Shown one piece after another: positions 1-6,838 of a stretch of 32,000 nucleotides of DNA. Position 1 is the stretch's first letter. Every line of letters begins with the position of its first letter. The notes under the pieces are model-generated. The model did not search any database, had not been told where the DNA came from, and worked only from the letters and a program-made list of their open reading frames with translations. The translations under genes were made by a program, and so were the position numbers. Source of the DNA: Xanthomonas campestris pv. campestris str. ATCC 33913. Its GTDB lineage: Bacteria; Pseudomonadota; Gammaproteobacteria; Xanthomonadales; Xanthomonadaceae. The stretch lies in contig NC_003902.1 in NCBI RefSeq assembly GCF_000007145.1, positions 2,047,436 through 2,079,435 on the forward strand, written 5' to 3'.

Positions 1-1233
1 CCTCATATTGTTAAAAGCCAGCAATGGTTTATTCCTGCTGCTCTTGTCATAGCTCTCTGGAACGCTATATGCAGCTTGGTGCTAAACTCGACCCTCGGTG
101 GACCGCAGGCTTATCCTGTACTAGACCTGATGTTGCGCTATTGGTCAGGTAGCTATCTGGGCATGCTGGTCTTGCTTCTTCCGGCGATGTTATGGGCTAA
201 CTGGAATGATGGTCCTGTACGCCTGAGTCTCCAGCGAGATCTTGCAATCGCGGTGGCTGTTATCCTAAGTCTGTTTTTTTTATTAGGGGTCTCGCAAGAG
301 CCATTGACTCGAAACATCTTGATGGTAGCGATGCTCGTGCCAATGGTCGTGTTGACTTTCAGGCACGGGTGGAAAGGCAGTGCTCTAGGGTCACTATTGG
401 CAAGCTTCGCAATTGAGTTCTCGCTTCCTCGGGTGTATCAGATCGGTTTTTTTGATCAACAAGTTTTTAGTATGCAGTTGCTCTATGCGGTCACGACGAC
501 AGTTCTTTTTGTTTTCAATGCTCGTCTGCGCGAGCCAGCCCGCAATAAGGTTTCAAGTCAACCAGGAGATGACGCCTTCACTCTAGCCCGAGCCAGCTAT
601 TCTAGTGCTGAGCGCATGCTACGCAATCGAGTGCTGGAGTACTCTGACATCAATGTTCAGATCAACAAGATGCGCAAAGATGTGGTGGCTGATTTGAGGG
701 GGAGAGGGCAGCATTCTGCAGCAATGGAAATGACACGAGTCAGTGTCCTTGAGTCGCAATTGCTTCAGCAGTATGTCGCCGCGCTGTATCCGTTGGAAAT
801 CGAGACGCATGGGCTGTATCAGGCTCTGCGTTCGTCAGCACTCGAGCGTTTCTGCCAGTCTCAGTTTCAATGCGTGTTTCGCGGTGACTGCAGGAAGCTA
901 TCGTTGGAACTTCAATTGAGTGCTTATCGCAGTACTCTCAATTGTGTGGAGATCTTGCCGCCGGCCAGTCGGCACTTCATCCAGGCTCGTGCTTGGACCG
1001 GGAAAGGGGCTAGGGGCGTGTTGGTGCGTGTAATTGCTGATTCGTCGTCAGCTGAGGCGGCCAAGAGCGACTCGATCGATGTGGAGGCTGAACTGAAGGC
1101 GCGGTTGAAAGCGCATGGCGGCATGTTTCGCCGCCGCCATGCGCTGGTTCTGACCTTTCTGGTTGCCGAGCCAGTCTCCGTTGCGGTCAGGGGGAGACTA
1201 TCCAGTGTTCCCCAGTTGCTTCCCGCCAGTTGA
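1..1233 (+). CDS. Membrane sensor, MASE1-like N-terminus plus degenerate UhpB-type HisKA_3/HATPase_c-like C-terminus; 5' end cut by the window
   Basis: Frame 1 is open from nt 1. Nt 1-75 read PHIVKSQQWFIPAALVIALWNAICS, a hydrophobic helix with no stop before the TTG at 76 used by the ORF track, so the gene starts left of the window. There are several TM helices, including RYWSGSYLGMLVLLLPAML (MASE1-like by eye). The C-terminal third aligns by eye to UhpB-type kinases (LYPLEIETHGLYQALRSS versus LRPxxLDDLGLxxALR). No His is present in the H-box-equivalent segment (RVLEYSDINVQ), and the N/G1/G2 boxes are not recognisable. GC is about 50%, with A/T-ending codons. Confidence 0.6.
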   Translation, partial: PHIVKSQQWFIPAALVIALWNAICSLVLNSTLGGPQAYPVLDLMLRYWSGSYLGMLVLLLPAMLWANWNDGPVRLSLQRDLAIAVAVILSLFFLLGVSQEPLTRNILMVAMLVPMVVLTFRHGWKGSALGSLLASFAIEFSLPRVYQIGFFDQQVFSMQLLYAVTTTVLFVFNARLREPARNKVSSQPGDDAFTLARASYSSAERMLRNRVLEYSDINVQINKMRKDVVADLRGRGQHSAAMEMTRVSVLESQLLQQYVAALYPLEIETHGLYQALRSSALERFCQSQFQCVFRGDCRKLSLELQLSAYRSTLNCVEILPPASRHFIQARAWTGKGARGVLVRVIADSSSAEAAKSDSIDVEAELKARLKAHGGMFRRRHALVLTFLVAEPVSVAVRGRLSSVPQLLPAS

Positions 1234-1657
1234 ATACCGTGAAGTTCTTTGTTTTGTAGACAAGTCGTGCTTGATCACGCTGAGTTGAATCAAGCATTGG
1301 CGGATTGTTTGAACTCGTGCCGGCTGCAATCCTGTTTGCAGCCGGCAACACGACACGTTCTACATCCTTGCCCATCGGCAAGGTCCAGAGTGCGTTGTCC
1401 ACTCTTGCTACCACTGCGTGGACCACGCCAGTTACGTCGTTGATCTGGAGATATGTCACTCCATCACGATGGAGTTCATAAATGGCAAGCGAAGGATCCA
1501 TTGTTAGATTGGCTGCCTTGGGATTGCTTTCGCCAAGCCCTGTCATTGCATGTACGCCGACACCACCATTGGCACAGCACTGAGCCACTGCCATGCCTGA
1601 TGACAGCATTCCAGCAACGACGCAAAAAGCCATAAGCCAATTTTTTGAGTTCTTCAT
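1187..1657 (-). CDS. Secreted hypothetical protein (Sec signal peptide; mature N-terminus QCC...)
   Basis: The ORF track gives 1187..1678. I prefer the ATG at 1657, which has AGGGGGAAGG 7 nt upstream. The N-terminus MKNSKNWLMAFCVVAGMLSSGMAVA/QCC has n-h-c signal-peptide architecture with an AxA site. I recognise no family. It is low in GC like its neighbour. Its 3' end overlaps the convergent sensor gene by 47 bp (1187-1233). Confidence 0.6.
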   Translation of the reverse strand: MKNSKNWLMAFCVVAGMLSSGMAVAQCCANGGVGVHAMTGLGESNPKAANLTMDPSLAIYELHRDGVTYLQINDVTGVVHAVVARVDNALWTLPMGKDVERVVLPAANRIAAGTSSNNPPMLDSTQRDQARLVYKTKNFTVFNWREATGEHWIVSP

Positions 1658-1708
1658 GATTTTGCCTTCCCCCTGCATGGGGCAACACCGCCTGCGATTC
1701 AGGCGCTT

Positions 1709-1721
1709 ACACGTTACGTGT
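1709..1721. promoter_or_regulatory. Perfect palindrome ACACGTtACGTGT upstream of the secreted-protein gene (candidate operator)
   Basis: The arms are 6 bp with a 1-nt centre. It lies 52-64 nt upstream of the ATG at 1657 on the minus strand, within the AT-richer spacer. Confidence 0.3.
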
Positions 1722-1863
1722 TGAATGGCAGATTTTGTTGATTGTTTGTCGCAGAAAATCGCTGCGGCATACCGTCCGCCGAACAGCGAGGAACAGTCAA
1801 CCGCGTCCGCCGTTACCTGGACCTATCCGGTCAGGCGTGATGTGCAGTGCTGGAGCGCGCTAT

Positions 1864-2088
1864 TTAGCGGCTCGGCTCGAGTTCGCCACCGGCACGTTCA
1901 AACCATCCAATCACTCGCCGGTGATGAGGTTCGCCCCAACGACGCAAGAACTGCTGGGTGTGGTGGTCGCCGAGGTCGCGCAGGCTGGCGAGTCGTTGGG
2001 CGATGAAAGGGGCTGTCAGCGGCTGGGCGCAGTCGACTTCGATGCAGTGGCGCCAGGCGGTATAGCTGTCGGGGATGACGGGCGACAT
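1864..2088 (-). CDS. Small conserved hypothetical protein (74 aa, His/Cys-containing)
   Basis: The ORF track gives 1864..2148. I prefer the ATG at 2088 (MSPVIPDSYTAWRHCIEVDC...), which has GAAGAG 7 nt upstream. Its strong G/C third-position bias matches the core genes, unlike the islet to its left. I cannot name a family with confidence. Confidence 0.6.
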   Translation of the reverse strand: MSPVIPDSYTAWRHCIEVDCAQPLTAPFIAQRLASLRDLGDHHTQQFLRRWGEPHHRRVIGWFERAGGELEPSR

Positions 2089-2156
2089 CGTGGTGCTCTT
2101 CGGTAAAAGTGAACGTGAGGGCGTTGGCGGGCCGTGGAGGGCTTGCATTTGCGCGA

Positions 2157-2179
2157 CTAGTGTTACTTTATAACACTTG
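2157..2179. promoter_or_regulatory. Zur-box-like palindrome in the divergent spacer between the 74-aa gene and amiC-folE2
   Basis: The sequence is CTAGTGTTACTTTATAACACTTG, with 7-bp arms AGTGTTA/TAACACT (2159-2165 and 2171-2177). Its core TGTTAC-TTT-ATAACA matches the remembered gamma-proteobacterial Zur consensus GAAATGTTATANTATAACATTTC at 12 of 14 core positions. TATAAA (minus strand) and TATAAC (plus strand) -10-like hexamers are embedded in it. Confidence 0.45.
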
Positions 2180-2308
2180 ATTCCATCGTTCGTCTGGCTA
2201 CGCCGTGTCGCGTCCCTTACCGCAGAGTGTTGTTTGCCTGGTCACCATGCCGAACCTCCCGTGCTCGAAGCGGCGCGGTGGCCGCGTCGATCCAGCGGGG
2301 TTGGCCCG

Positions 2309-3469
2309 ATGAGGCGGCGGCAGGTGTTGCACACCGTCGGTGCAGCCTTGCTGCTGTCGCCACGCTTGGTCCACGCGCAGCCGCAGCCGCTGCTACGCAG
2401 TTGCAATCTGCAGCGTCAGGATGCGGGGCTGCGACTTCGGCTCGCTTTGAGTACCCAGGTCGCCTACCGCAGCTTCAGCCTGTCCAATCCAGCGCGCTTG
2501 GTCATCGACCTGCCGGGCGTTTCGACGCAACCACCGCAGGTCGATCCATTGCCTGACGGTCTTGCGGTCGTTGCCATCCGCAGCGGCCCGCACGGCGATG
2601 GGCTGCGCGTGGTGCTCGATCTGGCGCAGCCGCTAACAGCCACGGCGCGCTGGGAGGATGGTGCACTGGTGGTCGATCTTGCTGCTGTGTCCGGCACTGC
2701 GTCGTTGTCCGCAGCCGATCCGACCGAGCCGGCCGTTGCGGCGGTTGCGCCCACGCGCTCCCGCCTGCATCCCTACGTGGTCGCCATCGACGCCGGTCAC
2801 GGCGGCAAGGATCCCGGCGCGGTCAGTGCCGATGCGCGCTACGAGAAGCATGTGGCCATGGCAGTCGCGGGGCGGCTGCACCAGCGCTTGGCGGCCGATC
2901 CGCGTTACCGGCCGACCATGATCCGCAGCGACGATCGTTTCGTGGCCTTGCATGAGCGCGTCATGATCGCGCACCGACACAACGCCGATCTGTTCGTGTC
3001 GATCCATGCCGATGCCGCGCCCAGCAGTGCCGCACGTGGCGCCTCGGTGTTCGCTTTGTCCCAAGGTGGCGCCAGCTCGGCATTGGCGCGCTGGATCGCC
3101 GATAGCGAGAACGCGGCCGACGACATGGGCGATAGCGCGCGCCGCCTGCGGGTGCCGAGTAATCCGGTGTTGTCGCAGGTGCTGGCCGACCTGTCGCTCA
3201 GCGGCACCATTGCCAGCAGCCTGCAGTTCGGCAAGCTGATGCTCGATCGCCTGCAGCACGTCACACGACTGCATCAGGACCAGGTGGGTCAGGCCGGGTT
3301 TGCAGTGCTGAAATCGCCTGATATCCCGTCATTGCTGGTGGAAACCGGCTTCATGAGCAATCGCGACGATTGCAACCGGCTCTGTGGCGACGCGCATCAG
3401 GATGAACTAGCGCAGACGCTGCACGCCGGCATCGACGATTACTTCCAGGCATTTCCCGGTCGCGCCTGA
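2309..3469 (+). CDS. amiC: N-acetylmuramoyl-L-alanine amidase AmiC-type (Tat signal + AMIN domain + Amidase_3)
   Basis: The ORF track gives 2177..3469. I place the start at ATG 2309, giving MRRRQVLHTVGAALLLSPRLVHA (a twin-arginine signal). An AMIN-like segment is present (LRLALSTQVAYRSFSLSNPARLVIDLPG). Amidase_3 motifs are present: VVAIDAGHGGKDPGA, SIHADA and ETGFMSN. Confidence 0.9.
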   Translation: MRRRQVLHTVGAALLLSPRLVHAQPQPLLRSCNLQRQDAGLRLRLALSTQVAYRSFSLSNPARLVIDLPGVSTQPPQVDPLPDGLAVVAIRSGPHGDGLRVVLDLAQPLTATARWEDGALVVDLAAVSGTASLSAADPTEPAVAAVAPTRSRLHPYVVAIDAGHGGKDPGAVSADARYEKHVAMAVAGRLHQRLAADPRYRPTMIRSDDRFVALHERVMIAHRHNADLFVSIHADAAPSSAARGASVFALSQGGASSALARWIADSENAADDMGDSARRLRVPSNPVLSQVLADLSLSGTIASSLQFGKLMLDRLQHVTRLHQDQVGQAGFAVLKSPDIPSLLVETGFMSNRDDCNRLCGDAHQDELAQTLHAGIDDYFQAFPGRA

Positions 3470-3503
3470 GTGCGGCCGTCCCTTTCTTTTTCCATGGGTT
3501 TTC

Positions 3504-4439
3504 ATGTCCACCACGCTTCCCGATATCGCCGTCACCGAACCTTCCGCGCTGCATGCGCCCTTACGCTGGGTTGGCATGCAGGACATTGCGATTCCCGTGC
3601 GCCTGGACGAGGCCGAGCCGAGTGGCACGGTGGCTGCGCGCGCGCAGGTGCAGGTCGATCTGCCGCGGCCCGAACTCAAGGGTATCCACATGTCACGGCT
3701 GTATCGCTTGCTGGATCGGCATCTGGAGCAACCGCTATCACCGGCGATGCTCTCGCAGTTGCTGCAGGCAATGATCGACAGCCATGCCGATTGCGGCAGC
3801 CGTGCGGCGCGGGTGAGTCTGGCCTTCGAAGTGATGTTGCGGATGCCGGCACTGCGCAGTGAGGGACTGGCCGGTTGGCGTGCCTATCCGGTGCGCATCG
3901 ACGCACAGAGCAGGGCGGGGCGCAGTGAGATGCGTCTGCAGATCGATGTGCTGTATGCCTCCACCTGCCCGTGTTCGGCCGCGCTATCACGTCAGTTGTT
4001 GAGCAAGGCCTTCGCGCAACAGCATGCTGGACAGACCGCTTTGCGGGTCGAGGATGTCGCGCAGTGGCTGCAACGCAACGGCTCGTATGCCACGCCACAT
4101 AGCCAGCGCAGCGTGGCGCAAGTGCGCGTGGACTTGGTGGCGCGCGTGCAGAGTTTCGACATCCGCGCGTTGGTGCTCTTGTGCGAAAGCGCATTGGCCA
4201 CGCCAGTACAGGCAGCGGTGCGGCGGATTGATGAGCAGGCATTTGCACGCTTGAACGGTGCCAACCTGATGTACGTGGAAGATGCCGCGCGCCGGCTCCG
4301 CAAGGAGTTGGCCGAGCGCTATGCCTCATTTCATGTGGCGGTCCGCCATTTCGAAAGCCTGCACGCGCACGACGCGGTTGCCGAAACTGGCAGTGATGCA
4401 GACGTCTTCCACATGATTGCCGAGTCGCACGGTCAGTGA
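3504..4439 (+). CDS. folE2: GTP cyclohydrolase IB (FolE2, COG1469/DUF198)
   Basis: Family hallmarks are present: KGIHMSRLY, the STCPCS metal-binding motif, and C-terminal FESLHAHDAVA. It begins 34 nt after the amiC stop on the same strand. Confidence 0.9.
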   Translation: MSTTLPDIAVTEPSALHAPLRWVGMQDIAIPVRLDEAEPSGTVAARAQVQVDLPRPELKGIHMSRLYRLLDRHLEQPLSPAMLSQLLQAMIDSHADCGSRAARVSLAFEVMLRMPALRSEGLAGWRAYPVRIDAQSRAGRSEMRLQIDVLYASTCPCSAALSRQLLSKAFAQQHAGQTALRVEDVAQWLQRNGSYATPHSQRSVAQVRVDLVARVQSFDIRALVLLCESALATPVQAAVRRIDEQAFARLNGANLMYVEDAARRLRKELAERYASFHVAVRHFESLHAHDAVAETGSDADVFHMIAESHGQ

Positions 4440-4470
4440 CGTGCGCTGCAGGCATCTACGGCAATTCGTG

Positions 4471-4497
4471 CCAGGCGCGTGTTGCCCACGCGCTTGG
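4471..4497 (+). terminator. Hairpin downstream of folE2 (possible terminator, no U-tract)
   Basis: CCAGGCGCGT-gttgccc-ACGCGCTTGG forms a 10-bp stem with one G-U pair, 32 nt after the folE2 stop. No T-run follows it. Confidence 0.3.
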
Positions 4498-4773
4498 TCA
4501 GGCACACCGCATTGCATCTGACTGAGGCGGAATGACCTGCGCGCGGGCCGGCCCGCATGCGGTGATCGGCGCTGGCTGCGCTGGAGCGGCATCGTACTTG
4601 CTCAGCGCGGTTGAACACCTCTCACGCAGTACGGTGCGGCGTGTTGCTGCGCAGGCGGCCTCGGCAATCGGCGCAGCGGCCGCCATCGCAGCGGTCGCTG
4701 CATAACGGCCGCGACCACACCTGCGTTGCCCACACGCTGCCCTGATTCGATCGCCTGCATTCTCGGCCCACAA

Positions 4774-4798
4774 CGCAAAAGCCCCGCAATCGCGGGGC
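4774..4798 (-). terminator. Rho-independent terminator of tRNA-Glu
   Basis: On the minus strand the sequence is GCCCCGC-gatt-GCGGGGC followed by TTTTGCG. It lies 27 nt downstream of the tRNA 3' end. Confidence 0.6.
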
Positions 4799-4824
4799 CT
4801 TGGCGTGTCTGCAGAGGACGAAGT

Positions 4825-4899
4825 TGGCGCTCCCTAGGGGGCTCGAACCCCTGTTTTAGCCTTGAGAGGGCCACGTCCTAACCGCTAGACGAAGGGAGC
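4825..4899 (-). tRNA. tRNA-Glu (anticodon CUC)
   Basis: The minus-strand 75-mer is GCTCCCTTCGTCTAGCGGTTAGGACGTGGCCCTCTCAAGGCTAAAACAGGGGTTCGAGCCCCCTAGGGAGCGCCA. It folds by hand into a cloverleaf: acceptor GCTCCCT/AGGGAGC, D stem GTCT/GGAC, anticodon stem TGGCC/GGCTA with loop CT-CTC-AA, and T arm AGGGG-TTCGAGC-CCCCT. CCA is encoded. It is near-identical in layout to E. coli tRNA-Glu. Confidence 0.9.
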
Positions 4900-4925
4900 G
4901 TTTGGTGCGAGCTGTGCAGCGCGCT

Positions 4926-4954
4926 AGTATAGTGAGGTAAAAGCCGTTGGGCAA
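4926..4954 (-). promoter_or_regulatory. Candidate sigma70 promoter of tRNA-Glu (TTGCCC-N17-TATACT)
   Basis: On the minus strand, TTGCCC (4954-4949), a 17-nt spacer and TATACT (4931-4926) are present. The -10 ends 26 nt upstream of the mature tRNA 5' end. This promoter overlaps the pcnB SD and start region on the other strand. Confidence 0.4.
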
Positions 4955-6314
4955 TCCTGAAACACGAAACGGAAGCGCCACCATCGAACCTTCAGTTACA
5001 TCCCCGTTCACGCTGCGCGTCATCCCACGCGACCAGCACACCATCTCGCGCAAGGACATCAGCCCCAACGCGTTGCGCGTGCTGTACCGCCTGCGCGAAT
5101 CCGGCTTTGGCGCCTACCTGGTTGGTGGTGCGGTGCGCGACCTGCTGGTCGGCGGCCACCCCAAGGACTTCGACGTGGCCACCAGCGCCACGCCGGAGGA
5201 AGTCAAGGCGCTGTTCCGCAATTGCCGCCTGATCGGCCGCCGCTTCCGCCTGGCGCATGTGGTGTTCGGCCGCGAGATCATCGAAGTCGCCACCTTCCGC
5301 GCCAATATCGATGACGGCAGCGGTGACCGCGAGCTGGATAACGGCCGCCTGGTGCGCGACAACGTCTACGGCACCATCGAAGACGATGCGATCCGCCGCG
5401 ACTTCACCTGCAACGCGCTGTATTACGCGATCGAGGATTTCTCGGTGCGCGATTACTGCGGCGGCTTCGAAGACGTGCAGGCGCGCTTGATGAAGTTGAT
5501 CGGCGACCCGGAGCTGCGCTACCAGGAAGATCCGGTGCGCATGCTGCGCGCGGTGCGCCTGGCGGCCAAGTTGAACTTCGACATCGAAGCCGGCACCGCC
5601 GAGCCGATCCCGCGCCTGGCCGGGCTGTTGTCCGAAGCGGCGCCCGCGCGTCTGTTCGAAGAAATTCTCAAGCTGTTCCTGTCCGGGCACGGCGTGGCCA
5701 GTTTCGAGGGCCTGGAGCGTTATGGCCTGCTTGGGGCGCTGTTCCCCGAAAGTGCAGCCGCGCTCAAGTCCAACCGCAGCGGCGCTTTGCGCGCGATGGT
5801 GCTGGAAGGCCTGCGCAACACCGATGCACGCGTGGCCAATGATGAGCCGGTGTCGCCGGCGTTCCTGTTCGCGCTGCTGCTGTGGCCGGCGTTCTGCCGC
5901 ACCCTGATGGGGCTGCAGGCGCAGGGCGTGCAGCCGGAAGATGCGCAGCGTCGCGCCGCCGATCGGGTGACCTTGCACCAGCTGGAGCGGGTGGCCCTGC
6001 CGCGCCGCTTCTCGCTGCCGATGCAGGAAATCTGGCTGCTGCAGACCCGGTTTTCCTCGCGCCAGCGCAAACGCGTGTTCCGCACCTTGTCGCACCCGCG
6101 CTTCCGGGCCGCGTTCGACTTCCTGGTGCTGCGCCAGTTCGCCTCGGCCGACCATGCCGCCGATGTCGAGTTCTGGCGCGATGCGCAGCAGTCGTCCGGC
6201 CAGGAGCTGGTGGACGCGATCGAGAACGCGCAGGCCGATCACGACGGAGATGAGTCGGCACCGCGCAAGCGTCGCCGCCGCCGCCGTCGTACCGGCGCCG
6301 CCGCAGGCGAGTAG
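4947..6314 (+). CDS. pcnB: Poly(A) polymerase I
   Basis: LRVIPRDQHTISRKDISPNALRVLYRLRESGFGAYLVGGAVRDLL matches the E. coli PcnB N-terminal region. The tail is Arg-rich. The TTG start at 4947 has GAGG 9 nt upstream, and an in-frame stop at 4938 excludes a longer form. It is followed by folK, as in E. coli. Confidence 0.9.
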   Translation: MGNPETRNGSATIEPSVTSPFTLRVIPRDQHTISRKDISPNALRVLYRLRESGFGAYLVGGAVRDLLVGGHPKDFDVATSATPEEVKALFRNCRLIGRRFRLAHVVFGREIIEVATFRANIDDGSGDRELDNGRLVRDNVYGTIEDDAIRRDFTCNALYYAIEDFSVRDYCGGFEDVQARLMKLIGDPELRYQEDPVRMLRAVRLAAKLNFDIEAGTAEPIPRLAGLLSEAAPARLFEEILKLFLSGHGVASFEGLERYGLLGALFPESAAALKSNRSGALRAMVLEGLRNTDARVANDEPVSPAFLFALLLWPAFCRTLMGLQAQGVQPEDAQRRAADRVTLHQLERVALPRRFSLPMQEIWLLQTRFSSRQRKRVFRTLSHPRFRAAFDFLVLRQFASADHAADVEFWRDAQQSSGQELVDAIENAQADHDGDESAPRKRRRRRRRTGAAAGE

Positions 6315-6317
6315 GGC

Positions 6318-6803
6318 GTGCTGACCGCCTTTGTCGGCCTGGGCGCCAACCTGGGCCAGGCCGAGGCCACCGTGCGCGCGGCCATCGTCGCGCTGGGCAC
6401 GCTGCCGCAGTCGTCGGTGACCGCCGCTTCGCGGCTGTACCGCACGCCGGCCTGGGGCCGTGAGGACCAGCCGGACTTCATCAATGCCGTGGCCGCCGTG
6501 CGCACTGCGCTGGCGCCGCTGGCGCTGCTGGACGGGCTGCTGGCGATCGAGCAGGCATTCGGCCGCGACCGTCGCGACGGCGAGCGCTGGGGCCCGCGCA
6601 CCCTGGATCTGGATGTGTTGCTGTATGCCGAGCAGGTGATCGACCTGCCGCGTTTGCAGGTGCCGCACCCGCATCTGCATGCCCGTGCGTTTGCGCTGGT
6701 GCCGCTGGCCGAGCTCGCCCCGGAGGCGATCATTCCAGGGCATGGAACAGTGCGACACGCCCTGCAGGGCGTCGATGGCTGTGGGCTGGAGCCGATTGGG
6801 TAG
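6318..6803 (+). CDS. folK: 2-amino-4-hydroxy-6-hydroxymethyldihydropteridine pyrophosphokinase
   Basis: [10 protein letters not shown]..., YRTPAWG, FINAV and LDLDVLLY are typical HPPK motifs. The GTG start is 3 nt after the pcnB stop. Confidence 0.9.
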   Translation: MLTAFVGLGANLGQAEATVRAAIVALGTLPQSSVTAASRLYRTPAWGREDQPDFINAVAAVRTALAPLALLDGLLAIEQAFGRDRRDGERWGPRTLDLDVLLYAEQVIDLPRLQVPHPHLHARAFALVPLAELAPEAIIPGHGTVRHALQGVDGCGLEPIG

Positions 6804-6838
6804 ATAATGGCCGGCTTATCACCCCACGTAATGAGTTC

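Noticed and set aside
2177-2308. N-terminal extension of amiC from the track start at 2177 (also 7255 for panC, 31307 for pyrD, 29173 for EamA and 13557 for bglX)
   Set aside because: The extensions precede obvious Tat, lipoprotein or native N-termini, overlap upstream genes or promoters, and lack coding-like composition. Internal ATG or GTG starts give family-typical N-termini.
4400-4900. tRNA-Glu as an integration site for a genomic island (att repeat search)
   Set aside because: I found no direct repeat of the tRNA 3' half in the flanking DNA. The genes on its 3' side (folE2, amiC) are core-like in composition. The low-GC islet is 2.7 kb further away and is separated by core genes.
6262-6300. 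CGC/CGT-rich run that looks like a trinucleotide repeat
   Set aside because: It simply encodes the poly-Arg C-terminal tail of PcnB (RKRRRRRRR). It is in frame and is not an independent repeat element.
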